Shown: in pieces, positions 9,458 through 19,154 of the stretch
Layout of the letters: every line of letters starts with the position of its first letter
How positions within the stretch are numbered: position 1 is the first letter of the stretch
Origin: an uncultured Methanosarcinales archaeon
Lineage (GTDB): Archaea > Nanobdellota > Nanobdellia > Woesearchaeales > CAXGTL01
DNA length: 32,676 nucleotides
Assembly: GCA_964535955.1 (NCBI GenBank)
Contig: CAZHVK010000016.1
Span: forward strand, 1-32,676
Direction of reading: 5' to 3'
The notes under the pieces: generated by a model
The model's database searches: none
What the model saw: the letters and a program-made list of their open reading frames with translations, nothing else
Told to the model about the DNA's origin: nothing
Position numbers and translations under genes: made by a program

Positions 9458-10528
9458 ATGACAAACGCAAAACAAGAACTAATAAAATTAACAAGTGATT
9501 TGGTTAAATTCCAATCATCAAAAGACAAACCACAAGAAATCAGAAAATGTATTGATTTTATTAAAGATTACTTTTCAGATGGTTTCATAGTAAAAGAATA
9601 TGAAAGCAATGGGAAGCTTTCAGTAGTAGTTTCATATGAAGACAAAAAACAATTTAAATTCATACTAAGCGGGCACATAGATGTTGTTGAAGCAGATGAT
9701 AAAGAATTTATACCAAAAGTAGAAGGAAATAAATTATTTGGCAGAGGATCTCTTGACATGAAATCAGGTGTAGCAGCTTGCATGTTATTGATGAAAGAAT
9801 TTAAAGATAAAAAACCAGACATGGCACTACTGTTTACAGGTGATGAAGAATCTGGTGGTTTTGATGGAACTGGTTATTTAGTAAAACAAGGATATAAAGC
9901 AGACTTGGTTATTGCAGCTGACACTTTTACAGGAACAATCCAGACAAAGCATAAAGGAATCTTGTGGGCAAAAATAATTGCAAAAGGCAAAGGATGTCAT
10001 GGTTCAACTCCTTGGAAAGGAGAAAATGCAGCTGAAAAATTATTTCAAAAATATTTTGAAATAAAAAAATTATTCACACCAACAACAGAAAAAGACAGAT
10101 GGAAAACTACTATTAATCTGGGTAATGTCAAATCAGGAGATGCACCAAACAAAGTTCCTGACAAAGCAGAAATGATCTTAGATATTAGATACACAGAAGC
10201 AACAGATCCAGATAAACTAGTCAAAGACATAAAAGCAATTGGTGACATAGAAGTAAAAGTCTTGGAAAAAGAACCAATGTTTATTAACAAAGATGATACA
10301 ATGGTTAATAAATTAAAACAAGTGGCTGGCGAGGTTTCTGGAAAAGAAATTGAAATAACAAAAGGACATGGTGCTTCTGATGTTAGGTTTTTTTCTGCAA
10401 AAGGCATTCCTTGCACAATATATGGACCAACAGGAGCAAATTATCATGGTATTGGTGAATATGTTAACATAGACAATCTAGAAATATTTTATAATATTTT
10501 AAAGGAATTTATTGAAACAGAATCATGA
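9458..10528 (+). CDS. M20 family metallopeptidase (DapE/ArgE-like)
   Basis: SGHIDVV, GRGSLDMKSG, GDEE, HGSTPW, GASD, HGIGE. Confidence 0.92.
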   Translation: MTNAKQELIKLTSDLVKFQSSKDKPQEIRKCIDFIKDYFSDGFIVKEYESNGKLSVVVSYEDKKQFKFILSGHIDVVEADDKEFIPKVEGNKLFGRGSLDMKSGVAACMLLMKEFKDKKPDMALLFTGDEESGGFDGTGYLVKQGYKADLVIAADTFTGTIQTKHKGILWAKIIAKGKGCHGSTPWKGENAAEKLFQKYFEIKKLFTPTTEKDRWKTTINLGNVKSGDAPNKVPDKAEMILDIRYTEATDPDKLVKDIKAIGDIEVKVLEKEPMFINKDDTMVNKLKQVAGEVSGKEIEITKGHGASDVRFFSAKGIPCTIYGPTGANYHGIGEYVNIDNLEIFYNILKEFIETES

Positions 10529-11187
10529 TATACACAATAAAACAAAAACCTGACAAATTTTTAGAAAACATATATGATCAAGCTATGAAAGATTTCAATG
10601 AATTTTTTGGAATTAAATGGGTGAAAAATCTTCCAAAGCTTGTCATTATTGATGAAAGAAAAACAATAGACTCATTACTAAATAAAAAAACACAAGATTG
10701 GCAAGTTGGCTGGGCTCAAAAAGGAAACATAATATTATTATTAAACAGAAAACATTATGACACACAAAGTATGCATACTTATTCTGATGAAGAATATACA
10801 GGATTAGTCAGACATGAAATTTGTCATTGTTTTTATAGTGTTTTATCACCAAACACAAATAATCCAAGATGGCTGGATGAAGGTGTCTGCATTTATTTAT
10901 CAGGCCAACTTAAATTAGAAAAATACTCTCCTTACAAAAACAAGAAATTCAAAAGTTTTTTAAGATACTACAGTAAAGGTGGCAAAGGAATTTATAGAGA
11001 AAGCGGTTTTGTTGTAGAAATACTAATTAATGAATTTGGTAAAAACAAATTATTAGAACTGATTAAATCCTCAGCAAATATAAATTCTAATAAAGATTTT
11101 AAAAATCAGTTTTGTGATATCTATAATTTTAAATTAAATTATAATAATTTTAATAAGTTTTTAGAAAAAGTTTCATCTAATTCCTAA
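10525..11187 (+). CDS. Gluzincin-like (peptidase MA) HExxH protein
   Basis: RHEICH ... PRWLDEG ... Y..S...V..L...FG; ATGA overlap. Confidence 0.75.
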   Translation: MIYTIKQKPDKFLENIYDQAMKDFNEFFGIKWVKNLPKLVIIDERKTIDSLLNKKTQDWQVGWAQKGNIILLLNRKHYDTQSMHTYSDEEYTGLVRHEICHCFYSVLSPNTNNPRWLDEGVCIYLSGQLKLEKYSPYKNKKFKSFLRYYSKGGKGIYRESGFVVEILINEFGKNKLLELIKSSANINSNKDFKNQFCDIYNFKLNYNNFNKFLEKVSSNS

Positions 11188-11832
11188 ACTCTTCAACTTC
11201 CTAATCAAAGTTTCATACCTAATTTTTATTCTTTTTGCAGTTATAGAAATATTATGACCATTTTCTTCCAATGCTTTCATCAGATAACGTCTTTCAAATT
11301 CATCTTCAGCTTCTTTTAATGTTAATTTCTTTGTCGGTATTTCGTTTAATATTTCTTTTGAAAAGTCAGGAACTTTTTCATATGCTTTTTGCAATGCTTC
11401 TTCTCTTATAACATCTTTATATTCATCTAAAGCATCTTTTACTCTGTTTCCAACAACCATTTTTTTATAATGATCAGGGTTAAGAAGTTCAGACCTTAGT
11501 TTTTTTACATCAATCCCAAGTTCTTTGACAATTCTATGTATTGTTCTTCTGTCAACATCTGTAAAATCAGCTACTTCTGAAATATTTCCATAATGTGTTT
11601 CAATTAATTGTGAAAAGAATTGTTTTTTAAATATTCTTTTTGCTTGTTTAAAAGGAATTGATGTGTCTATTGTAAAATGTATCAATGGTTTGCCTAGTTT
11701 ATCAAGCAATGTTTCATTCAATTCTTGTATAGAAACACCTATCAGTTTTTTTGTAGCTTTTGCAACTTTTTCTGAAACTAACTGCTTTTCAAGTGCTGAT
11801 TCTTTAGATTTTTCTTTAGGTTTTTCCTTCAT
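11173..11832 (-). CDS. Protein with two Fis-type (HTH_8) DNA-binding domains
   Basis: FKKQFFSQLIETHYGNISEVADFTDVDRRTIHR and FERRYLMKALEENGHNISITAKRIKIRYETLIRKLK. Confidence 0.8.
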   Translation of the reverse strand: MKEKPKEKSKESALEKQLVSEKVAKATKKLIGVSIQELNETLLDKLGKPLIHFTIDTSIPFKQAKRIFKKQFFSQLIETHYGNISEVADFTDVDRRTIHRIVKELGIDVKKLRSELLNPDHYKKMVVGNRVKDALDEYKDVIREEALQKAYEKVPDFSKEILNEIPTKKLTLKEAEDEFERRYLMKALEENGHNISITAKRIKIRYETLIRKLKSLGIR

Positions 11833-11948
11833 ATATGATATTTTTGTCGCACATGTTTATAAATGTTATTATTCATCTTGCTCTTCAGACAGATCATTTT
11901 AAATGCAAAGTTTTATAATATAGCAAATCACCCAAATCAGAACATAAA

Positions 11949-12494
11949 ATGAAAGCTATTAAAAAAATATCTGGATTGTTTAAAAGAAAAGAAAAATTAG
12001 TTGAGACTCCAAAACCAAAAGAACACAAGAAAGGAGCATATTACATGTGGAAACCTATAAAAGAAGATCCTAGTTTCAAAAATAGTGAAATAGTAAAACT
12101 CATTGACAAGCTATATGATACTATAGAAGGTTTTGAACTTCATACATATAATTCTTATGCAATATTAGCAAACAAAAGATTGGACAAAGTGCCTGAAGAA
12201 GAAACCTATTTGCTTGGGCAAAACAAAGAATGGGTGAAATACCTAATTAGTCTATCAATGGAAAAAGGATTTAGAATAAGGTTTGATTATACAACAGATT
12301 ATGAGAGCATAGTTAAAGAACTTAATAAAGTTATAAAAATTTTTGGAGATATAAAAAAACAAATAGGATCAGAAAACAAAAAACCACAAACCAAAGGAAA
12401 AGAGTGGTGGAAATTTGCAAAGAAATCAATTATATTAATGGAAAAAAAGGGAGACAAACCTGCAGGAGTAGGTATTCTTTTTCCACAGATTTAA
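11949..12494 (+). CDS. Hypothetical protein
   Basis: 181-aa ORF with TTTTATAA box about 30 bp upstream. Confidence 0.7.
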   Translation: MKAIKKISGLFKRKEKLVETPKPKEHKKGAYYMWKPIKEDPSFKNSEIVKLIDKLYDTIEGFELHTYNSYAILANKRLDKVPEEETYLLGQNKEWVKYLISLSMEKGFRIRFDYTTDYESIVKELNKVIKIFGDIKKQIGSENKKPQTKGKEWWKFAKKSIILMEKKGDKPAGVGILFPQI

Positions 12495-12511
12495 CATTCA
12501 AACAAGACTTC

Positions 12512-13180
12512 TTATTTTTTACAAACAACAATAATCCTCTGAGCTAAACTCGGAAACATCTTTCCACCGAGTTTTGTGTGCCATCCACTTTTCCAAGAAT
12601 TAGGATTAAAATAAACTTCAGTGCCAATGACTTTGTCAATAGAAAACTTATTACGTTTTAACACAGTCTTCAAAGTTGGCAATGTAAAAAGCCTATAATG
12701 ATTACCAAAATGCCATTTATTGCAAGGCCCTAGTTGAAGCGGATATAGTCCAACCAATAATCTCAAACGTGAACCAAGTGAAGCTAAGTTTGGTGTTGAT
12801 AATATCAAAATTCCACCTGGTTTCAAGATCCTATACATTTCTTTTACCAAATGCTCAGGATTTGTCAGATGTTCAATCACTTGCAGACATGTAACAATAT
12901 CAAAATAATAATCATGATAAGGTAAACTCTTACCAAGATCATGTTTCTTCATGTTAAACCCTTGCTCAGACAAAACCTTGACAATATTATCAGAAATATC
13001 AATACCATACACATCATAATCAAGTTCTCTTGCTTTATCTAAAAGATAACCGTCTTTGCATCCTAGATCTATATATTTCTTACTGAGATTAATGCCAGCT
13101 TTTGTGTATTGTTTTATGATATTGAATACTATGTTTAGTCTGTATAATTTTTCTTTGCTGATTCTAAAGTTTGGTATCAT
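12512..13180 (-). CDS. Class I SAM-dependent methyltransferase (type 11-like)
   Basis: IDLGCKDG, GIDIS, FDIVTCLQVIEH, RILKPGG..ILSTPN. Confidence 0.92.
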   Translation of the reverse strand: MIPNFRISKEKLYRLNIVFNIIKQYTKAGINLSKKYIDLGCKDGYLLDKARELDYDVYGIDISDNIVKVLSEQGFNMKKHDLGKSLPYHDYYFDIVTCLQVIEHLTNPEHLVKEMYRILKPGGILILSTPNLASLGSRLRLLVGLYPLQLGPCNKWHFGNHYRLFTLPTLKTVLKRNKFSIDKVIGTEVYFNPNSWKSGWHTKLGGKMFPSLAQRIIVVCKK

Positions 13181-13254
13181 ATGTAGGTGGGAATGAGTGT
13201 GTGTTTTTAAATATTGACGTTAGGTTTATAAACTAGTTTTGTATAAACAAGAAC

Positions 13255-13776
13255 ATGATAATCAAAACAAAACAATTCATACTAAGACCAATAAGAATGT
13301 CTGATGCAAAATTATATCTTAAGATAATGCAGGATCCTGTTACAAAAAAAGGTTTTATAACAACACCAAAGACATTATCAGAAGCTAAGAAAGAGATAAA
13401 AGAAAAACTAATACAACATAGAAGAAAAAAACCAGAATCAGAAACATTAGCAATTGAGATTAATGGTGAGTTCGCAGGTTATGTTGAAATAAACCATCTT
13501 AACAGAAGACACCACGAACACCAAGGCAATGTAGGTTATTGTCTGCACCCTAAGTACAGAGGCAAAGGCATCACAACAAAAGCACTTAAGATATTTACAA
13601 ATTATGCATTCAAAAAATATAAATTAAAAAGAATTGACGGCTGGTGCAGGACATTTAACAAAGCTTCTGCAAGGGTTTTAGAAAAAGCAGGATACAAATT
13701 AGAAGGAATATTAAGAAAAAACAAAAAGATCCGTGGAAAATACCTAGATGATATGATCTGGGCAAAGGTAAAATGA
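13255..13776 (+). CDS. GNAT acetyltransferase, RimJ/RimL family
   Basis: VGYCLHPKYRGKGIT, NKASARVLEKAGYKLEG. Confidence 0.92.
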   Translation: MIIKTKQFILRPIRMSDAKLYLKIMQDPVTKKGFITTPKTLSEAKKEIKEKLIQHRRKKPESETLAIEINGEFAGYVEINHLNRRHHEHQGNVGYCLHPKYRGKGITTKALKIFTNYAFKKYKLKRIDGWCRTFNKASARVLEKAGYKLEGILRKNKKIRGKYLDDMIWAKVK

Positions 13777-14480
13777 AAAAACAACTAAAACCAAGAGCAA
13801 AGAAAATAGTCAACTTACTTAAAAACAAGTTTGGTGCAAAAGCAATCATATTAACAGGTTCAAGACACGTTGGTGATTATGAACAAGACAGTGACTGGGA
13901 CATGTTTGTGTTTACAACAAAACTAAAAAAAGGTGAAGAAAGGATAAAAGTACATGAAAGATGCGGCCCTACAAGAATATCAGGTGAAACAAAACTAGAT
14001 TGTTATTGGTTGCCAGCAGATGCTAAATTTAGGTGGGAAAATTTTAAACTAAAACTAAGATTTTGTGAGATAATGTATGATACAAAAGGAATTGCTAAGA
14101 AAGTTATCAAAGATGCTTACAAGATTTATGACAAAGGCCCTGACTGGTCAAAGACAAAATGGTGGGGAGAAAAACAAAGATCTTGGGGCTATCTAAAAAA
14201 AATGAATTATTTGTTAAAGAAAAGACAACATGGTGCTTTGTTTAAAAGAATATGTTTTTATTATGCAGAATATTTGTTTGGCTGGTGGTTTTCATTAAGA
14301 GATGAATGGCCTCTTAGACCACAGCAAGCTTTTGATTATATTAAAAAAAAAGATCCTAATTTCTTTAAATTATTAAGAAGAGTCTATGGAAACACAACAT
14401 TAGAACAAAAAGTAAAAGCATGTGAAAAAATACACAATCATATATTTGAGAGCCTTAAATTCAAAAAACTAACAAAATGA
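13773..14480 (+). CDS. Pol-beta-type nucleotidyltransferase with helical C-terminal domain
   Basis: ILTGSRHVGDYEQDSDWDMFV (GS...DxD motif). Confidence 0.8.
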   Translation: MKKQLKPRAKKIVNLLKNKFGAKAIILTGSRHVGDYEQDSDWDMFVFTTKLKKGEERIKVHERCGPTRISGETKLDCYWLPADAKFRWENFKLKLRFCEIMYDTKGIAKKVIKDAYKIYDKGPDWSKTKWWGEKQRSWGYLKKMNYLLKKRQHGALFKRICFYYAEYLFGWWFSLRDEWPLRPQQAFDYIKKKDPNFFKLLRRVYGNTTLEQKVKACEKIHNHIFESLKFKKLTK

Positions 14481-14845
14481 ACAAAAAAATTCTCTGCATA
14501 TGTGCAGCAGGAATCAACAGAAGCAAATACTTAGCAAAATACCTAAAACAAAAAGGATATAAAACAAGATTTGGTGGTGTTGAAACAGAAAAAGGAATAA
14601 GACCAAACTTAGCAACACAAAAAGACATTGATTGGGCAGATGTAATAATAATTGTCAGAAAAAGAATAGTTCCTATATTTAATAAAAAATTTAAAACAAA
14701 AGGCAAAAAGATAATCAAGTTCGATGTTTCTGATTCAAGAAGATTGGCACCAAAAGAATACCAAAACCTTGGTTATGAAGAATTCCAAGAACAATGGACG
14801 AGGCCTAAGTTAAGAAAAGCTATTGAAAAGTATTTGCCTTTATGA
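14477..14845 (+). CDS. Low-molecular-weight protein tyrosine phosphatase-like protein
   Basis: KILCICAAGINRS (CX5RS), IDWADVII. Confidence 0.8.
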   Translation: MNKKILCICAAGINRSKYLAKYLKQKGYKTRFGGVETEKGIRPNLATQKDIDWADVIIIVRKRIVPIFNKKFKTKGKKIIKFDVSDSRRLAPKEYQNLGYEEFQEQWTRPKLRKAIEKYLPL

Positions 14846-15328
14846 TTTAAAATACTTAACTAATTCTCTTTCAGTCTTAAACTTATCAAACCTTATTTTT
14901 AAAGTAACTCCTTCTGATTCTTCATCATCAGGATCTGTAAAAACTTCAAAATGCAGATGTGGACCATCACTATCTCCAGTATTACCAGAATATCCTATTA
15001 ATTGTCCTTTCTTAACTTTTTGACCAACTTTGACAATTGCTCCCTTATATCTTAAATGTTCATAAGCAGTATATTCATTATTTTTATGTTTGATTACAAT
15101 TCTATTCCCATCATCATGATATTTTTTACCAAGCCCTCTTATTTTAGAATCATTCTTTAACCAAACAACTGTACCACCTAATGCTGCATAAAGAGGACTT
15201 CCTTCTTCACATTCAAAATCAACAGAATGTTTAAGTTTGCCAATGTGTGCATCTGATGCATTACTCCCCCAGAATTTAATTACATCCTTTTTTTTGATTG
15301 GTGGTCTGTATTTGTTTTTGCATTTCAT
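14840..15328 (-). CDS. M23 family metallopeptidase
   Basis: HSVDF, YAALGGTV, GNRIVIKH, YEHL, VKVGQKVKKGQLIGYSGNTG, GPHLHFEV. Confidence 0.93.
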   Translation of the reverse strand: MKCKNKYRPPIKKKDVIKFWGSNASDAHIGKLKHSVDFECEEGSPLYAALGGTVVWLKNDSKIRGLGKKYHDDGNRIVIKHKNNEYTAYEHLRYKGAIVKVGQKVKKGQLIGYSGNTGDSDGPHLHFEVFTDPDDEESEGVTLKIRFDKFKTERELVKYFKS

Positions 15329-15360
15329 TGTTCATCCTTATGATATAGATCTAAAAACAT
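15325..15360 (-). pseudogene. 11-codon mini-ORF MFLDLYHKDEQ, probable remnant of a RelE/ParE-type toxin C-terminus
   Basis: TGATG overlap with the upstream antitoxin-like ORF and ATGA overlap with M23; resembles RelE-like C-termini (recalled, unverified). Confidence 0.35.
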
Positions 15361-15488
15361 CACCATTTTTTCATTTCTTTAATAAAATCATCAAAATCCA
15401 TACTAATAAATTCCCCTTTTTCATATCTTTTCCAAGCTTCCTCAGTTCTTCTTGCAAATTCTAGGTCTTGTTTTTGTTTTGATTTCAT
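15360..15488 (-). CDS. 42-aa antitoxin-like peptide
   Basis: Manual translation MKSKQKQDLEFARRTEEAWKRYEKGEFISMDFDDFIKEMKKW; resembles the toxin-binding C-terminal tail of archaeal AbrB/RelB-type antitoxins; ATGA-coupled to the upstream GNAT. Confidence 0.6.
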   Translation of the reverse strand: MKSKQKQDLEFARRTEEAWKRYEKGEFISMDFDDFIKEMKKW

Positions 15489-15955
15489 CTCAACCTTTTC
15501 CACATCTCTGCCCTATAATCCTTATATCCTTGTTTTTTCCAGATTTCATGAGCTTTTTTATTACCAGTCTGAACACAAAGTTTGACATAATCTAGTTTAT
15601 GATCTTTAAATATTTCATAAGCTTTATTCAACAATAATTTAGAAATACCATTACCTCTGTGCTTTTTATCAACAACAATAAGATCAATATAGCCTGCTTT
15701 TTTTACTTTCCACCATCTTTTTCTATTCTCTATCTCAAACAATATAAAACCAACAATCCTTCCACCTAACTCAGCAACATAGCACCACTTAAGTTTACCA
15801 TAAACAAACCTTTCATAATAGTTTCTTTCACCTTTCTTTGGTTTAGCTTTAGAATCTAGCTTGTCCAAAGGTGAACATCTATTGAGTATTTCACCTAAAC
15901 AATCTATTTTCTTTATTTGTTTTACATCTTTTTGTTTTGCTTTTCTTATTATCAT
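15485..15955 (-). CDS. GNAT acetyltransferase
   Basis: IVGFI, YIDLIVVDKKHRGNGIS, N..A...W...GY. Confidence 0.9.
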   Translation of the reverse strand: MIIRKAKQKDVKQIKKIDCLGEILNRCSPLDKLDSKAKPKKGERNYYERFVYGKLKWCYVAELGGRIVGFILFEIENRKRWWKVKKAGYIDLIVVDKKHRGNGISKLLLNKAYEIFKDHKLDYVKLCVQTGNKKAHEIWKKQGYKDYRAEMWKRLR

Positions 15956-16377
15956 CTTACTTTTTTAGCTAATACTGCAGTCTCTTTGCAATATTTATAT
16001 CCTAGTTTTTGATAAATCTTGAATGCAAGTGCATTTTTTGCAGCCATTATCCAGATCTTCTTATTCTTACAAACCTTTTCTGCTTTTTTGATCAAAGCTT
16101 TGCCAATTCCTTTGCCTTGATTATTAGAATCTACAATAAGTTCTTCTATACAAGTGACTTTGCCAACATTATAATATTCATATCTTAAGAGTATAAATCA
16201 AACTACTTTTCCATCAATAACAGCAACAAGCATTTCACCTACTTTAAGACAATGTTTGAGAGATTTAAGTGCAGCCTTAATAGTCCATTTTTCTTTGTAT
16301 GGTGGTTTGATGAATTCTTTTTTAATTAATTCAGCTATTCTTTTGTAATCTTTTTTAGTTGTTTTGCGTATTTTCAT
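15952..16377 (-). pseudogene. GNAT acetyltransferase interrupted by one in-frame TGA
   Basis: Manual translation MKIRKTTKKDYKRIAEL...DGKVV*FILLRYE...IEELIVDSNNQGKGIGKALI...YQKLGY...KKVR; TGA at 16198-16200 where Gly (GGA) is expected. Confidence 0.85.
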
Positions 16378-16383
16378 ATTGAT

Positions 16384-17061
16384 TCACCTTAAAAAATCAA
16401 AAAAACTTTTAATAAAAATCTTATTGTTTTTGTTATTCAAAAAACCATGATCACAATTAGGAATCTTGACTAATTTTTTCTTTGTCTTAAAATTTTTGTA
16501 AAACATTTCTGAATTTGTAATTGGTTCTACTTCATCTTGTTTACCATGAACTATTATTACCTCATTCTTGAACTTCTTTATTTTTTTTAATATATTTCTT
16601 AAATCTTTATTTGTTTGATATGCTGGAGCCAATAATAACATCTTTTTAAAATTGTACTTGTTGCAAACATTCATACAGACTCCTGCCCCTGCTGAAAAAC
16701 CTGTAAGTATAAGTTCAGGGTTGCTTGAACCACAAATTTCTTTAGATCTTGAAATAATAAATTTAATTACTTGTATTAAGTCTTGTGAATAAGTAGTTAT
16801 TAGCAGATTTTTATCCTTTTTTAGTTTCCAAAGTTTAGATTCAGTAAATCTAATAAAAGATCCAATATTCTCTTTTGCTAATAAATCACCAATAATCTTA
16901 TGTCTATGCTTATAACCATCTTTATCGCTACTAAAACCATGGCAATAAAATATTAATCTTCCAGTATTGGTTTTATTGATTTCAATAGGGATTGTAAGTT
17001 TTGGATAATGTTTTTTCTTAAGATTCCATTTTAAATGTGTTATTGTTCTATTTTTTGTCAT
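16384..17061 (-). CDS. Alpha/beta hydrolase
   Basis: CHGF, GFSAG nucleophile elbow, HGKQD, CDHGF. Confidence 0.88.
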   Translation of the reverse strand: MTKNRTITHLKWNLKKKHYPKLTIPIEINKTNTGRLIFYCHGFSSDKDGYKHRHKIIGDLLAKENIGSFIRFTESKLWKLKKDKNLLITTYSQDLIQVIKFIISRSKEICGSSNPELILTGFSAGAGVCMNVCNKYNFKKMLLLAPAYQTNKDLRNILKKIKKFKNEVIIVHGKQDEVEPITNSEMFYKNFKTKKKLVKIPNCDHGFLNNKNNKIFIKSFFDFLR

Positions 17062-17064
17062 ATC

Positions 17065-17601
17065 CTACTTCCTCTTCTTATAAAACCTAATCAAATGCTT
17101 TGACACATCTTTGTTCTTAACCATTCTTTTCACTTTATCTTCTACTGTTAAGAACTCCCTAGTTCTAAAATGATGCTTAGTCAAATCCTTAACAGCATCT
17201 TTTACTGATTTTTCAACAGTGTGCCATCCTAATAATTTACCAAGTTTTTTCATCTTCCTAGCTTTGAGAAAATCTTGATCACCTTCTAACACAAGCACTG
17301 GAAGTTTTTTATGTGCTAATGTTGCAGCAGCTGACTTATGTCCTCCGTCAAGTAAGAAATATTCTGCTCTTGGATTTTTTTTAAGATATTTTTTTAACAA
17401 AGTATTGTATGCTTTTGTTTTAGAGCTTAAACCCTCTACATAAGGAGCACCAACAGATTTATGTATTACAGGACATGGTGCTAATATCTTGCCTTGATTA
17501 TTCTTAAAAACCTGAAAATATATCTTAAGAATTTGCTGATTATACACAGGATAATCTCTTAGAGTTATTATTTGGCTTGGATGGAGTAGTTTTCTTTTCA
17601 T
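17065..17601 (-). CDS. ParB/sulfiredoxin-like domain protein
   Basis: PCPV ... YFLLDGGHKSAAA ... LPVLV, a variant of the DGHHR motif. Confidence 0.55.
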   Translation of the reverse strand: MKRKLLHPSQIITLRDYPVYNQQILKIYFQVFKNNQGKILAPCPVIHKSVGAPYVEGLSSKTKAYNTLLKKYLKKNPRAEYFLLDGGHKSAAATLAHKKLPVLVLEGDQDFLKARKMKKLGKLLGWHTVEKSVKDAVKDLTKHHFRTREFLTVEDKVKRMVKNKDVSKHLIRFYKKRK

Positions 17602-17654
17602 ATTATCAAATTACAGAAACCCTTATATAAAGTTTTGTCTTTTTCTCATATATA

Positions 17655-18149
17655 ATGACATACTACATAATAATAAGAGGACCTTTAGCAATAGGTAAGA
17701 CAACAATTGCACTAGAACTAGCTAAAAAACTAAAAGCAGAATACATATCAATGGACAAATTATTAAAAGAACTTAACTTAGATAATATTGATGAAAAACA
17801 AGGTTGTATTTCTGCTAAGAATTTTATAAAAGCAGACGAATTTATCCTACCAAAAATTACAGAGGATCTAAATAATGGAAAAATAATGATCATAGACGGC
17901 TGTTTTTACCACAAAGAACAAATCAATCACCTAATTAACAACCTAAACTACAAACATTACATCTTCACACTAAAAGCATCATTAGAAACATGCATTGATA
18001 GGGATAAAGGCAGAAAAAAACCACATGGTGCAGGTGCTGCAACAGCAGTACACAACCTAGTGAATAGATTTGATTATGGAATAGTTATTGATACTGAAGA
18101 CAAAGATATTAATAAAACAGTAGAGGAAATAATAAAAAACATAAAATGA
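17655..18149 (+). CDS. P-loop nucleotide/small-molecule kinase
   Basis: IIRGPLAIGKTT, IIDG, LKASLETCIDRDKGR. Confidence 0.85.
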   Translation: MTYYIIIRGPLAIGKTTIALELAKKLKAEYISMDKLLKELNLDNIDEKQGCISAKNFIKADEFILPKITEDLNNGKIMIIDGCFYHKEQINHLINNLNYKHYIFTLKASLETCIDRDKGRKKPHGAGAATAVHNLVNRFDYGIVIDTEDKDINKTVEEIIKNIK

Positions 18150-18403
18150 CACTCTTAGCAACCTTAGCAACAATATTCGGAACAATTGGTGCTCTAGCTA
18201 ATATTCCGCAAGCAATCAAGATCTTCAAAAGAAAAAGTGCAAAAGACATCTCAATAATAATGTACATAATGCTTATAACAGGTGCATTTATCTGGATCTT
18301 GTATGGTATAGAGATAAGAGACCCACCATTAATAATCGTAAACACAGTTGCATGCATAAACATGGCAATCGTCATGTTTGGCTGGTACTTGTATGGAAGA
18401 TAA
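18146..18403 (+). CDS. SemiSWEET / PQ-loop transporter
   Basis: IPQAIKIFKRKSAKDIS, WILYG, PLIIVN; 3 TM segments. Confidence 0.9.
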   Translation: MTLLATLATIFGTIGALANIPQAIKIFKRKSAKDISIIMYIMLITGAFIWILYGIEIRDPPLIIVNTVACINMAIVMFGWYLYGR

Positions 18404-18442
18404 ACAGTAACATTTATATTCTACTTATACATAAACCAATAT

Positions 18443-19147
18443 ATGAAAAAAGAGACACAACCTAAATGGCCAAAACTATTAGTAATAGTCAGACACGGTG
18501 AGTCAGAACAAAATGTTGTAACAGACCTTCTTGAAAAAGACCTCATACATAACTTAGGTGAACTAGAAAAGATCAGAAACATGGACATAAGACTGACAAC
18601 AAAAGGGATTAGACAAGCAAAAAAAGCAGGAAAATATCTTAGTAAAAAATTCAATAGGTTTGACATGTGCTTTTGTTCACCATACAAAAGAACAAAACAG
18701 ACTTCAAAAGCAATTATTTCTAAACTACCATACAAACTAAAGATACATTATGATAATAGGCTAAGAGAAAAAGAATTTGGCAGATTCAGCCACATACCTA
18801 AAAAACAAATAAAAATATCATACCCAGAAGAATGGAAAGACAGAAAAAGAGAAGGCAAGTATTGGTATAGACTGCCAAGAGGTGAAAACTATCCAGATGT
18901 TGAGATGCGTGTCCATAGTTTTTTAGACAAATTAATAAGAGACTGCAGACAAAAAAATATTTTAATAGTAACACACCAAGTAACATACAAATCATTCAGA
19001 ACATTGTTCCAGCATTTATCAGAAAAACAAGTTCTCAATCTACCAAAGACACCTAATTGTGGCATACAAGTATATGAACTAGAAACAAAGAAGTCTAAGA
19101 CAGGTAGAATGAAGTTAAAGTTGTATGATAAAGTCGTACATAGATAG
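18443..19147 (+). CDS. Histidine phosphatase (phosphoglycerate mutase family)
   Basis: VRHGES, LTTKG..QA, SPYKRTKQT, LREKEFG, GEN, VTH. Confidence 0.92.
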   Translation: MKKETQPKWPKLLVIVRHGESEQNVVTDLLEKDLIHNLGELEKIRNMDIRLTTKGIRQAKKAGKYLSKKFNRFDMCFCSPYKRTKQTSKAIISKLPYKLKIHYDNRLREKEFGRFSHIPKKQIKISYPEEWKDRKREGKYWYRLPRGENYPDVEMRVHSFLDKLIRDCRQKNILIVTHQVTYKSFRTLFQHLSEKQVLNLPKTPNCGIQVYELETKKSKTGRMKLKLYDKVVHR

Positions 19148-19154
19148 AAAGTAA

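Noticed and set aside
16198..16200. TGA=Gly recoding (genetic code 25)
   Set aside because: TGA is the evident stop of many intact genes here (ATGA overlaps, thrS, both permeases); only one in-frame case was seen.
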